A model generated the notes under the pieces. The model had not been told where the DNA came from, ran no database searches, and saw only the letters and a list, made by a program, of their open reading frames with translations. 32,000 nt of DNA. Origin: Chloroflexota bacterium (GTDB taxonomy: Bacteria > Chloroflexota > Anaerolineae > B4-G1 > SLSP01). Shown piece after piece: positions 1 through 9,499 of the stretch (positions are counted from its first letter, which is position 1; every line of letters begins with the position of its first letter). A program made the position numbers and the translations under genes. The stretch is taken from the NCBI GenBank assembly GCA_019873725.1, contig JAIOAS010000010.1, forward strand, positions 7,214 to 39,213, written 5' to 3'.

Positions 1-2422
1 AGATTTCGTGATCGCTATCACCCTCAGCCAGAGCAATGTTGATCTCGATTTTGACTCGATCCGGGGGTTGCATCTCGTCTAATTCCAGGCGCGTTTCAAG
101 GTTCAGACGTTCCAGTAATTTTTCGAGCTTGTCACCGTCCAGGTGACAATACCGTCTCAGTTGGGTCAAAGCATCCGGTATGAACAAACTAGCCTCGGGC
201 TGCGGTAACCATTCTGCATAAAGCGGTTCCCCAATCACACGTTCTCCTTCGGCTGCTTCGACCAATGCCAATAAGGGTAAGAGATGGGGGGATTGAATTT
301 GTATCAAACTGTTATAATCGGAGGCGCGCAACCGCGTACCCCGCAAGTAGCGCTCCCATATTTCACGTAGCCAGTCCTCATCACGGCCCTGTTCAACCGT
401 AATGCGTACGCGTTGTAAACGGTCTGTGATACTCGCGGCTTTCCTCTGTCTTAAGTCATATTGCTGCTTACTGTTCTCTACCAGTCTCCGCAGATATTCA
501 CGTCGTTGCGTAAATAACTGTTGTAGTTCGCGCGCGGATTTCTCAACTTCACGTTCTAAACGCTCCAACTCCGCTCGCTCGCGTTCCAGGCGTAACACAC
601 CATCCGGTGATAAATCCGGCAGCGCGCTCAACGCCTCTCGATAACGCGCTTCAAAAGTATCTCGCGCCTGCGCCCATGTCCCCTGCGCCTGCTCAATATC
701 TGTCTGCGCTTCCGTTAGTTTACCTTCAACCGTTTGCCACAAATCCTCCAAATCCCGCGCCAGGCGCTGCATACGTTCGCTTAACCATTTCAACTGTACT
801 GCATTGGGTAGAGTTTGGAGATCGTCATCGGGCAATAAAATTTCCAAAGGCGCTGCGCGACGGCGCGTCTCTTCGAGCATTTTGCGGGATTGTCTCAGTT
901 GCATCAGGGCTTCATCCCATGATTGCATTTCACGATCATACAGGCGTTTTGTTCCTGACAATTCCTGGATACCCAGTTCGTGGTAGCGGGATAACTGTTC
1001 TTCAATCCGTGGTTTGCTCTTCAGGCGATCTCGGGTCTGTTTTATGCGTTCATACTCAGCGATAATTGCCTCACGGTTACGCCGCAATTCAATCAATAGC
1101 GTATTATGATCACGCTTCAGTTGTTCTAAATCTTCTCCGACAAAACGATCCAATAACTCTAATTGTGAACTAACATTCTCAGAGGTATACAGAATTTCTT
1201 TTTGCCCGTAGAGTTGTGGTCGGAACACATCGGCCGGACGCAAGCCCGTAGACGACCAATGCCCATTGGATTCGTACCGTTCTACCAGAGTAGGGCTGCG
1301 TCCCTGGCGGACCAAACGATAACGCGCGCGGTCCTTGACGATCTCCAATTCGGCGCGTCCTGTTTCCGGCAAAAACACGTCGGCAAATCCCCGCAAGTCT
1401 GCGTCTTTACTACGTAAGGGTTCGATCTCCCATAAATAGCGCAATAATTCCACCAGGGCTGACTTCCCAGTCCCGCGCGCGCCAATGAGACAATTCAGAC
1501 GTGGGTTAAATTGCAAATCAATCTCGCGTAAAAAACCGCTCGTATTGAATCCGCTTTGCTTGATCAAACGTAAGGCTGACAGATAACATCGCGGCTCTGG
1601 TGGTGGGTCATCTCTCAAACGTAGGCGAGCTTGGGGGTCACGCAGAGCATATTTAAGCGCAGAGAAGGTAGGATGCTCACATTTAACATAGGTAAACCAT
1701 GCGCCTACCTGTTCGAGTCGGTGAGCATCGGAGGCATTCAAACATGCAATTGGATGTTCACGTCGAAAATCAGCGTCGTCATGTTGATTGGCAACAACTA
1801 ACCTTTGCCATTCGCTCAATTCTCCAAGGGTACCTTTATGAATTTGCACCCCCAGGAGTTCTGGCAGGCAGAAATCTCGTTTGCGCTTAAGCCCTTTATT
1901 CGATTTTGAATCCAACAAGCTATCTTCGGAACTAAAAACGTGCGCGGCAATCGCTATACCGCCGCGTTTTTCAATTGCCTGCACAACATCGGCAAAACTG
2001 CGCGGTGTTGGAATACAAAATCCTGCATCTGTAAAACGCTCCTTGAGGTCAAGATCATCGTCCAAAAAACGTTCGAGAATTTCAACCTTTGTATCTTCTG
2101 GGAAGATCGCCAGAACATGGATGGCACCAATGCCTCCTGAAGCGCTGACCTCTATTCCCGGCAACACCACGAAAGTTTCCCCATAATGTTCCCTGGCGGC
2201 TTGTCTTAAAGGATCAATCCAGCTCGTGTCGTTGTGATTGGTAATCGCAATAGCATCTAACCCGGCTATTTCATGCGCTTGTCGAACATAGCGACGGGCA
2301 AAGGCAAGTTTTTCCTCCGAAGTTGATGGTATCGCCTCGCTATCAGGCATGGTAAAATGTTGTCCGACACCCGGCGCGTGTAGATGCACATCAAACTTTT
2401 TGTAAGTCGCTCCCAAGCTCAT
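1..2422 (-). CDS. PHP-domain phosphoesterase fused to a Walker-A (ABC/SMC-like, coiled-coil) ATPase; partial, 3' end beyond window start
   Basis: Absent from the ORF track because it is open at the window edge. My translation of the minus strand from ATG at 2422 (RBS GAGGAG a few nt upstream) is stop-free to position 1 (~807 codons). The N-terminus MSLGATYKKFDVHLHAPGV..AITNHND..GIEVS..HVLAIF..AAHVF..NASDAH carries PHP metal-ligand motifs. It is followed by LIGARGTGKSALVELL (Walker A) and a long charged, coiled-coil-like region. Confidence 0.75.
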   Translation of the reverse strand, partial: MSLGATYKKFDVHLHAPGVGQHFTMPDSEAIPSTSEEKLAFARRYVRQAHEIAGLDAIAITNHNDTSWIDPLRQAAREHYGETFVVLPGIEVSASGGIGAIHVLAIFPEDTKVEILERFLDDDLDLKERFTDAGFCIPTPRSFADVVQAIEKRGGIAIAAHVFSSEDSLLDSKSNKGLKRKRDFCLPELLGVQIHKGTLGELSEWQRLVVANQHDDADFRREHPIACLNASDAHRLEQVGAWFTYVKCEHPTFSALKYALRDPQARLRLRDDPPPEPRCYLSALRLIKQSGFNTSGFLREIDLQFNPRLNCLIGARGTGKSALVELLRYLWEIEPLRSKDADLRGFADVFLPETGRAELEIVKDRARYRLVRQGRSPTLVERYESNGHWSSTGLRPADVFRPQLYGQKEILYTSENVSSQLELLDRFVGEDLEQLKRDHNTLLIELRRNREAIIAEYERIKQTRDRLKSKPRIEEQLSRYHELGIQELSGTKRLYDREMQSWDEALMQLRQSRKMLEETRRRAAPLEILLPDDDLQTLPNAVQLKWLSERMQRLARDLEDLWQTVEGKLTEAQTDIEQAQGTWAQARDTFEARYREALSALPDLSPDGVLRLERERAELERLEREVEKSARELQQLFTQRREYLRRLVENSKQQYDLRQRKAASITDRLQRVRITVEQGRDEDWLREIWERYLRGTRLRASDYNSLIQIQSPHLLPLLALVEAAEGERVIGEPLYAEWLPQPEASLFIPDALTQLRRYCHLDGDKLEKLLERLNLETRLELDEMQPPDRVKIEINIALAEGDSDHEI

Positions 2423-2518
2423 CAACTGCTCCTCTGGAAATAGTCTGATAGTCTTTAGTCACATAGTCTTGCACTTATTTTCATTATCGGGGCTATAGCA
2501 CACCTTCGGTTACACTCC
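2423..2518 (-). promoter_or_regulatory. 96-bp leader cassette, copy A (includes RBS, abuts the PHP-ATPase start codon)
   Basis: The reverse complement aligns over its full 96 nt with 26492-26587 upstream of hgcB (about 80/96 identical by hand alignment). Shared blocks are GGAGTGTAACCGAA, GCCCCGATAATGAAAAT, GACTATCAGACTATTT and CAGAGGAGCAG, ending 3 nt before the ATG. Confidence 0.6.
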
Positions 2519-2594
2519 TTTAATCCAAACGCTGAACATCCCCCTATTCTACAACAACTTCCTCAGAAGCTGCACCCCAGTCACCCTCTCTCCA

Positions 2595-2650
2595 ATTCCA
2601 GCCTCCAGCATCTAGCTTCCAGCATCTAGCTTCCAGTATCCAGCATCCAG
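2595..2650. repeat. Heptanucleotide tandem array (~8 units, CTGGATG/CTGGAAG/CTAGATG read on the minus strand)
   Basis: A 7-bp periodicity is directly visible. The array overlaps the last codons and stop of the methyltransferase gene (C-terminus ..YWMLDTGS). Confidence 0.8.
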
Positions 2651-5601
2651 TACGTCCCCTGCACCATCTCCACCCGCTCCCCTTCCTCCGCCGGGACTTC
2701 CAACTCCTCGAAGAACGTCGCGCGGATGCCGTCCAGCGCCGCCGCCTCCGGTCTGACGAACTTGCCCTTGACCTTGCCGCGCGGCACGGCGTTGATGAAC
2801 GCTTGCAGCGCCGCCTTGAACGCGCCATCCGTCCGCAAGCCACTCTTCTTGAGGAACGACTCGCAGGCCGCCGCGCCATCTTCCGCGTAGACGAGCATGG
2901 CGGTGTGGACGGCGTCCAGCCAGGTGTCGTAGTGTTTGGCCTCCGGATCGACTTTGCCGCGCACGCGCCGCTGTTTGGGTTGCAGCATGGTGACGTCGCT
3001 GCCGCTCTTGCTGATGACGCGCTGCGCCACCAGGTCGCGCTCCACGTCCAGCCCCAGCGCCAGGGCGAGTTTGCGCGCTTCGTCCGCCGGGAAGGTCTCG
3101 GCCTGGAACGCATCCCACGCCATGAGCGCCCAATCGGTGACGGGGTCGAACTGCACGTCGCGCCCCAGGAGCAGGCCGCGCTTGCGCAGGGCGATGACCT
3201 CTTCGCGGGCCAGGTCGAGCGCGGTTTCCGGACGCAAGGCTTTGGGCTGCCCGGTGCGCTCGTCCACCTCGCGGGTGAGGACGGGCCACCGCTCCGAGAT
3301 GACTGCCAGCACGGGGCCGAAGGTGCTCAAGTAGAGATCGACGCCGCTGATGCCCTGCGCGTTGAACTCCGCCGCCTTCTCGCGGGCCACAGCGCGCACG
3401 CGCGGCGCAAGATCGTCCCACCAGACGGGTTGCTGGAAGCTGGGTACTTGATCCTGGAGGCTCGAAGCTGATTGCTGATCGCTGACGGCTGATAGCTGAC
3501 GGCTGACGGCTGACGCCTCGCTGCGCTTGCGACACACCAGCAAAATCGTGCTCTGCGCGGCGTTTTTCCTGGCCTGGTGGAGGGAGTGCTCGCTTTCGGT
3601 GTGGACGGGCCACGAGGCGGTGATGGTGAAGCCGGCGTTGATGAGCGCCATCGCCAGGGTGTCCCACGCTTCCACCTGCTTGTGGGTGAACATGACGGTG
3701 AGCACGCCGTCGTCGCGGAGGACGCGCGCCATCTCGCGGAAGGCCGCGCCCATTTTGCGCTCGTAATCCTGCGCCGCCATCTCTCTCACCCCTCGCCCCG
3801 TGGGAGAGGGGCCGGGGGTGAGGGCAATATCCTTGAACCGCGCCGGATTGGCGACGGCCTCGGCATCCTTGTCCGTCAGTTGAGCGGTGAACCAGTCCGG
3901 ATAGAGGTGGCCCACGGTGCGCTTGAGCCACACGTAGAAAAAGTCCGCCAGTTCCGCGTACATCACATTGTCGTAGTAGGGCGGATCGGTGACGATGACG
4001 TCCACCGAGGCATCGGGCAGGGCGGCGAGGCGCGCGGCGTTGCCTTGAAGTTGCGTAAGCGGGCCGCGTTCTACAGTAATTCCACCCAACTGTGCCGGTG
4101 CAAAGACGATCAGCTCAGCCATATCTTTGTAGGCATCGGCAACCTGGCTGATGGCCCACGGCATCAAGTTGGCCGAAGCATCGAATTCGCCATGGCTCCA
4201 GACGAAGGCAAAATCATGACGGTCGAAATTACTGCGCAATCCTCGGCTTGGGTCGAAACGACACAGGCGATTATTGTAAATCACCATTTTGTCCATCATC
4301 AGGCCGAGATATGCTTCGATGGCGGGAGATCGTTCTTCGCCCAGTGCTTTGTAGATTTCGGGACGCAATTCCGACAAAGTTTCAATAGCTATCCCCATCG
4401 CTAACAGTTGACGCGGCGAGAAGAAATCTGACCAGATCGGCATCCCGTACAATGCCGGCCGCATATCATTCCCCTGCGGGAACGCCTCCGTCGGAATCAC
4501 ATCCCGCGCTTCCCACAGGGGACGCTTGCGGGCGAGTTCCGCTTCTGCCGCGGCGACCGCGTCCAGGTCGGCCTGGGTAGGCGCACGGAAGTCGAAGCCG
4601 CCGCGCCGTTTGAGCGCCACCGCGTAGAGCATCTGCCCCATGCGCCCGGCCTGCGCCTCGGCCTTGATGTAGTCGCCGTCGATGGCGTCGCCGGTCCACG
4701 GGGAGCGGCCCACGCCGCGCGCGACCGTGCCGTCGTCGGGGTCGTCGCCCGCACCCGGCGTGTAAATCTCGAAGCGCGGCGTATCCCAGGCGGGATCGGC
4801 CAGCAAGCGCACGGCCACCGGCGGGGATTTGCTGAGCCACCAGTTGGGGCTGAGCGGGACGGGCTTCCCCGTCACGGGGCAGGCGACGGTTCGCGCCCAG
4901 AGGTAGGCGAAGATGTTCTCGCCTTTGCCCTTGGGGAAATATGGCGCGAGCTTCTCCTGCACCCGTTTGGCCCACAAGTTTCCCCACTTCTTGATATCCG
5001 CCGCGAGTTCCGGGCCGAAGGTCGCGGGATAGTCGAGCGTGGCTTTGAGGATCACGCACGCGACGGGGTTGAGTTCGTTGGCGACGGTTGCCAGGCCGTA
5101 GCGCCGCGCCTCGAAGGGGATCGAGCCGCCGCCGGAGAAGGGGTCAAGCAGAACGATGTCCTTCAAAGACCTGTCAGGTCTCAGAAGACCTGACAGGTCT
5201 AACAGGCGTTCGAACAGCGCCAGGTCGTCGGCGGAGGGGCTGACGGTGAAGGCACGGTCGTAGCCGTAGGGATTCGCGCCCAGGTTTTCGCCGGTTTCGC
5301 GGGCTTTGAGCAGTTGTTCGCGCATAGCCGCCGGATCGCCCTTAATGCCGAGGAAGCGCAGGAACCAGGCGCGGTAGGCAGCTTCGTCGGCGAAAGGGTT
5401 GGTAGCACAGGCTTTCAGCCTGTCCCACGCCGGCAACAAAGAGGCGACAATCGCCGCGCGGGAGATCGTCAACGGGCGGCGCGCCCACCAGACGTGGAGG
5501 AAGTAGAGCGGGGGCAAGGCGCTGCTCGCGCCGCGCTCGCGCAAGCACTCCGCGCCGATGGCGTCGAAGGGGAGCCAGGATTCGATGAGGGATTGGGACA
5601 T
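2626..5601 (-). CDS. DUF1156-type DNA methyltransferase (N6-A/N4-C class, DPPY), defence-associated
   Basis: ORF-track ORF 2626..5781 trimmed to ATG 5601 (RBS AAGGAG upstream; the upstream extension is repeat-encoded low complexity). The N-terminus MSQSLIESWLPFDAIGAECLRERGASSALPPLYFLHVWWARRPL is typical of DUF1156. Motif I is LLDPFSGGGSIPFEA and motif IV is IVTDPPYYDNV. 991 aa. Confidence 0.85.
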   Translation of the reverse strand: MSQSLIESWLPFDAIGAECLRERGASSALPPLYFLHVWWARRPLTISRAAIVASLLPAWDRLKACATNPFADEAAYRAWFLRFLGIKGDPAAMREQLLKARETGENLGANPYGYDRAFTVSPSADDLALFERLLDLSGLLRPDRSLKDIVLLDPFSGGGSIPFEARRYGLATVANELNPVACVILKATLDYPATFGPELAADIKKWGNLWAKRVQEKLAPYFPKGKGENIFAYLWARTVACPVTGKPVPLSPNWWLSKSPPVAVRLLADPAWDTPRFEIYTPGAGDDPDDGTVARGVGRSPWTGDAIDGDYIKAEAQAGRMGQMLYAVALKRRGGFDFRAPTQADLDAVAAAEAELARKRPLWEARDVIPTEAFPQGNDMRPALYGMPIWSDFFSPRQLLAMGIAIETLSELRPEIYKALGEERSPAIEAYLGLMMDKMVIYNNRLCRFDPSRGLRSNFDRHDFAFVWSHGEFDASANLMPWAISQVADAYKDMAELIVFAPAQLGGITVERGPLTQLQGNAARLAALPDASVDVIVTDPPYYDNVMYAELADFFYVWLKRTVGHLYPDWFTAQLTDKDAEAVANPARFKDIALTPGPSPTGRGVREMAAQDYERKMGAAFREMARVLRDDGVLTVMFTHKQVEAWDTLAMALINAGFTITASWPVHTESEHSLHQARKNAAQSTILLVCRKRSEASAVSRQLSAVSDQQSASSLQDQVPSFQQPVWWDDLAPRVRAVAREKAAEFNAQGISGVDLYLSTFGPVLAVISERWPVLTREVDERTGQPKALRPETALDLAREEVIALRKRGLLLGRDVQFDPVTDWALMAWDAFQAETFPADEARKLALALGLDVERDLVAQRVISKSGSDVTMLQPKQRRVRGKVDPEAKHYDTWLDAVHTAMLVYAEDGAAACESFLKKSGLRTDGAFKAALQAFINAVPRGKVKGKFVRPEAAALDGIRATFFEELEVPAEEGERVEMVQGTYWMLDTGS
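3432..3515. repeat. Heptanucleotide tandem array, 12 units (GCTGGAA..ACTTGAT..GCTGATY..GCTGACG), inside the methyltransferase CDS
   Basis: 84 bp = 12 x 7 = 28 codons. It encodes SEASAVSRQLSAVSDQQSASSLQDQ on the minus strand, right after the LLVCRKR end of the catalytic domain. Confidence 0.85.
3785..3824. repeat. GC-rich palindromic (REP-like) element inside the methyltransferase CDS
   Basis: CTCACCCCTCGCCCC-gtgggaga-GGGGCCGGGGGTGAG forms a ~15-bp stem. It contains the 23-mer GGGAGAGGGGCCGGGGGTGAGGG, identical to 23201-23223. It is translated as ..TPGPSPTGRGVRE.. Confidence 0.8.
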
Positions 5602-5616
5602 AGTGTGCTCCTTGTT

Positions 5617-5658
5617 GCTGGATACTGGATGCTGGATACTGGATGCTGGATACTGGAT
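5617..5658. repeat. Heptanucleotide array (GCTGGAT ACTGGAT x3) between the protease stop and the methyltransferase start
   Basis: Three perfect 14-mers lie in the 56-nt intergenic/5'UTR region of the methyltransferase gene. Confidence 0.85.
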
Positions 5659-6116
5659 CAGGCGGTGGTGGCGCCGAAATAGAACGTGTTCGTTTCGGGA
5701 TCGACGGCAAAGCGGATGAATTCGAGGCAGCCTTGCAGGCCCAAAATCACCGGTAAATCCCAGGTCAGTCCCGGTGTCCATTGGGGCGCAAAAGCCGTGG
5801 CTTCCACGACGATATTCTCACCTGCCTGCGCTTCGAGAGCTAATGTCACCCGGTGTAGTTCGCCTCTGACAGAAGCGCCTCGAATTTGCAAAGGTCTGGC
5901 CGGCATCCCTGTCCCAGGGCGGAGACCAAGCCATTCCACCAACTCTGGATTGCAGATCAGAAAAGCGCCGCCGGTATCCAAAACGGCCTCCACCGGCAAA
6001 CCTTCAACGAGGGCAATGATGACAATGCGGGAAAGGCCGGTGGCACCCTTAGGATGATCGCGGTAGGCCATTTGACCAACGGTAAAGGGCTGTCCATCGG
6101 CAAAATACAGCATCAT
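5658..6116 (-). CDS. Retropepsin-like (clan AA) aspartic protease, small single-domain
   Basis: LDTGGAFLI matches the D-T/S-G-A active-site motif in a ~150-aa protein. The start is trimmed to ATG 6116, which overlaps the upstream stop as ATGA (translational coupling). Confidence 0.55.
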   Translation of the reverse strand: MMLYFADGQPFTVGQMAYRDHPKGATGLSRIVIIALVEGLPVEAVLDTGGAFLICNPELVEWLGLRPGTGMPARPLQIRGASVRGELHRVTLALEAQAGENIVVEATAFAPQWTPGLTWDLPVILGLQGCLEFIRFAVDPETNTFYFGATTA

Positions 6117-6601
6117 GCCACCCGCGTCACCAATATGCCGTTCATAGGCGGCAGCATGGTCTTCAGTTGTTTGGCCGTCGGCGCAGCGGCTAACAGCGTG
6201 CCATCCTTGAGCGCCAGCCACTGGCCACGATATTCATGAGCGTGGCGTTGCAACCACTGCTGATCCAAATAGCGGGTAGGGTTGGCCGGACTGGTACCCA
6301 ACACTTTGGGCGGCGCGAGGATGTGCGCCATTTGCGCCAGTTCGGCATCTTCCGGGTACAACCGGTGGCCTTCTGCGGAAATCTGGCGCGCGGAGAGCGG
6401 CGCACCGGCAGCCAGGGCCAGGCGCACTGCACGCGCAATCTCTGCCGGCGGATAGACGTCCCAGGCGACCCCGGCAGCCAGGCGCGCAAAAGCCGGACCG
6501 TCGCCTTGTTCCGCTAAGGCATTCAAGAGCGCCAGCGGATCGGCTTCGGCGGTGACGCTATCGCCGGCAATATCAGTTTCAACTTCGGCGGAAAGCAACA
6601 T
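6113..6601 (-). CDS. Hypothetical protein with a DUF5678-like C-terminus
   Basis: The C-terminal YRGQWLALKDGTLLAAAPTAKQLKTML..GILVTRV resembles the DUF5678 pattern as I remember it. RBS AGGGAG lies 9 nt upstream of ATG 6601. The functional call is weak. Confidence 0.4.
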   Translation of the reverse strand: MLLSAEVETDIAGDSVTAEADPLALLNALAEQGDGPAFARLAAGVAWDVYPPAEIARAVRLALAAGAPLSARQISAEGHRLYPEDAELAQMAHILAPPKVLGTSPANPTRYLDQQWLQRHAHEYRGQWLALKDGTLLAAAPTAKQLKTMLPPMNGILVTRVA

Positions 6602-6647
6602 ATCAGCGCGCTCCCTTCAGGCTAACATTGCTACATTCTTCATTAAA

Positions 6648-6676
6648 AGTATACTCTCATTGACTTAATTTGAGAA
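6648..6676 (-). promoter_or_regulatory. Candidate sigma70-type promoter (TTCTCA-17-TATACT) for the DUF5678-like/protease(/methylase) genes
   Basis: Hexamers read on the minus strand in the AT-rich 102-bp gap after the CAP gene. The -35 is weak. Confidence 0.3.
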
Positions 6677-6703
6677 GTCTCTTCCCAAGGGGTATCTTTC
6701 CGG

Positions 6704-8494
6704 CTATGGATTCGCCGCGCGGAGTGTGAGTGGCAAATAAACGCGGTAGAGTTGCTCGGCCACGCGGAGCGTCACAGGAAGCTGGAATGGGCTGTTGAGC
6801 ACACCGGCTTCGGCCTGCACAGTCAAGAGCGCGGAATACGTTCCTACACTCAACCCCGTCACATCAGCCCACACCTGAATCTTGTTCCCCGCAATGGAAG
6901 TATGCAGCCAGGACGCATTGTCGGAGACCGACCAGGTGAACGACTTACAGCCCTCTTGGATCACATTCAAAGATTGCGCAGCCGGGTTTTGGCCTATCTG
7001 CGCCAGAAAGCTTAAGGCGACCGGCGCAACTTGCAAGCGGAGCGGTGTGAGTTCGCCTTCTGCGCGCGGCGAGAAATTTCCCGCTGCATCTTCGTAGCGT
7101 ACCCAGATAGCGCCGCCCCGATAATTGCCTCCCGGCAACTGCCATGTGAGCGGGACACTCACCAACATTCGGCGGGTATAGATCGTCACCCCATCCACGT
7201 ATACATCCGCTGCGCCGGAACGCCAGAAATTAAAGATCAGGAAAACGTCTTCCGTATCGTGGAACGTAAAATCCAGGGGGAATTCCTGGTAGACATTGGC
7301 GGCGGCAAAGTCCGTGCCCTTGAGACTGAGCGGCCCGTAGGTTGTTCCTCCACCGTTGATAGAGAAGCGCGCCACTTCACCGGTCGCTGTATTATCATTG
7401 ACCTTGAGCCGCACGTAGGCCGTCAGGGGGATATTCTTGAAAAAGTCAGTCGTCCACACCCAAGCGAAGGATTCGCCGTCGCCGGGCCGCAGGCGAAAAG
7501 CCGTCCCTCCCCAGGCTGTGGCATCGTTCACCCGTTCACCGTTGCCCCAATACAGCGCGAAAGTGTCATAGGTATCATCGGCAAACCAATTCTGGCTCAG
7601 GCGAACGTAAGGCCAGGTGGTATCCAGATTGTAGAGCGTCACCGTATCCTTGTTAGAAGAGGCCAGGTGCAGCCCCACCTGGTCTAGCGGAATCTGCGCA
7701 CCGAGATAGATCGTGTCGCTGACGGTGGTTACACCTCCTATCGCATCGCGCGTTTTGACGTACACTGTACGCCAGCCATTGCCAGGTTCCAGCGTCCAGC
7801 TTTTCTCTGCCTGATACGGCTGCCAGCTCGCGCCGATGAAACAAGGCTCATTCGAAATTTGCATCTGTGTGGCCGGCCCGAGTTCGCGGAACCCACCGCC
7901 GCCCGAACGATCATAAATATACAGGTCTACGACGGCGTTGGTGGTATTGGGCGCTTCATTGTTGATGATAACCGGAGGGTAAACTGCATCTACCCCAAAG
8001 TCCTGTGTCAGGTACCCGCGCCAATCGCTGGTGCGAAGATAATACCCCATCCCAATTTCGCGGGAATTGGGATCCAGCAGGTTAGCGCGATGGCCGGGGC
8101 TGTTCATCCAACCATCAATGGCGGCTTGCGGCTCCATATAGCCACAGTAACAGTTTTCCGCGCCGGAAGAACCTTTGTACCCGAAGACCGGCACTCTTTC
8201 CGAGGGCCACCGCCCTAACGTGTCCTGATGTCCACAATACGGCTCAATCCGGTTTTCCACCGAATCCCAGTCAAACCAGCGCGCCGCTTCCGTCATCGGC
8301 GCGTTCCAACGCAGAGGCGGGACGCCATTGGCGCGCCGGGCAAGATTGCCATAATAGACGGTGAGCATTTCTTTGTAGATCAGCTCTGCCGGTTGCGGCG
8401 GCGGACCTTGCGGTTCGGTACTCGCCGGTCCGCTATTCAAGAAAAACAAGAGTGCCAGTAAACACAACCTGGCAATCCACTTTCCGTTTCCCAC
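6704..8494 (-). CDS. Secreted CAP/SCP/PR-1-like domain protein with a C-terminal Ig/BACON-like region
   Basis: N-terminal signal-like MGNGKWIARLCLLALLFFLNSGPAS. CAP motifs: NGVPPLRWN..AARW..GAENCY..AIDGWMNSPGHRANLLDPNSREIGMGY. GTG start lies 6 nt after the upstream stop, with GGAGGA ~10 nt upstream. Confidence 0.75.
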   Translation of the reverse strand: MGNGKWIARLCLLALLFFLNSGPASTEPQGPPPQPAELIYKEMLTVYYGNLARRANGVPPLRWNAPMTEAARWFDWDSVENRIEPYCGHQDTLGRWPSERVPVFGYKGSSGAENCYCGYMEPQAAIDGWMNSPGHRANLLDPNSREIGMGYYLRTSDWRGYLTQDFGVDAVYPPVIINNEAPNTTNAVVDLYIYDRSGGGGFRELGPATQMQISNEPCFIGASWQPYQAEKSWTLEPGNGWRTVYVKTRDAIGGVTTVSDTIYLGAQIPLDQVGLHLASSNKDTVTLYNLDTTWPYVRLSQNWFADDTYDTFALYWGNGERVNDATAWGGTAFRLRPGDGESFAWVWTTDFFKNIPLTAYVRLKVNDNTATGEVARFSINGGGTTYGPLSLKGTDFAAANVYQEFPLDFTFHDTEDVFLIFNFWRSGAADVYVDGVTIYTRRMLVSVPLTWQLPGGNYRGGAIWVRYEDAAGNFSPRAEGELTPLRLQVAPVALSFLAQIGQNPAAQSLNVIQEGCKSFTWSVSDNASWLHTSIAGNKIQVWADVTGLSVGTYSALLTVQAEAGVLNSPFQLPVTLRVAEQLYRVYLPLTLRAANP

Positions 8495-8500
8495 GGTTGA

Positions 8501-9495
<995 letters not shown>

Positions 9496-9499
<4 letters not shown>

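Noticed and set aside
2544-3931. 189-aa and 439-aa alternative-frame ORFs on the minus strand, plus + strand ORFs 2803..3471 and 3577..4404
   Set aside because: They overlap the DUF1156 methyltransferase CDS in other frames or on the other strand. Their composition is Arg/Ala/Gly-rich nonsense with no recognisable motifs.
5602-5781. 60-codon N-terminal extension of the methyltransferase ORF
   Set aside because: The extension is encoded by the heptamer array and by the protease gene's 3' end. The canonical DUF1156 N-terminus and a strong RBS are at ATG 5601.
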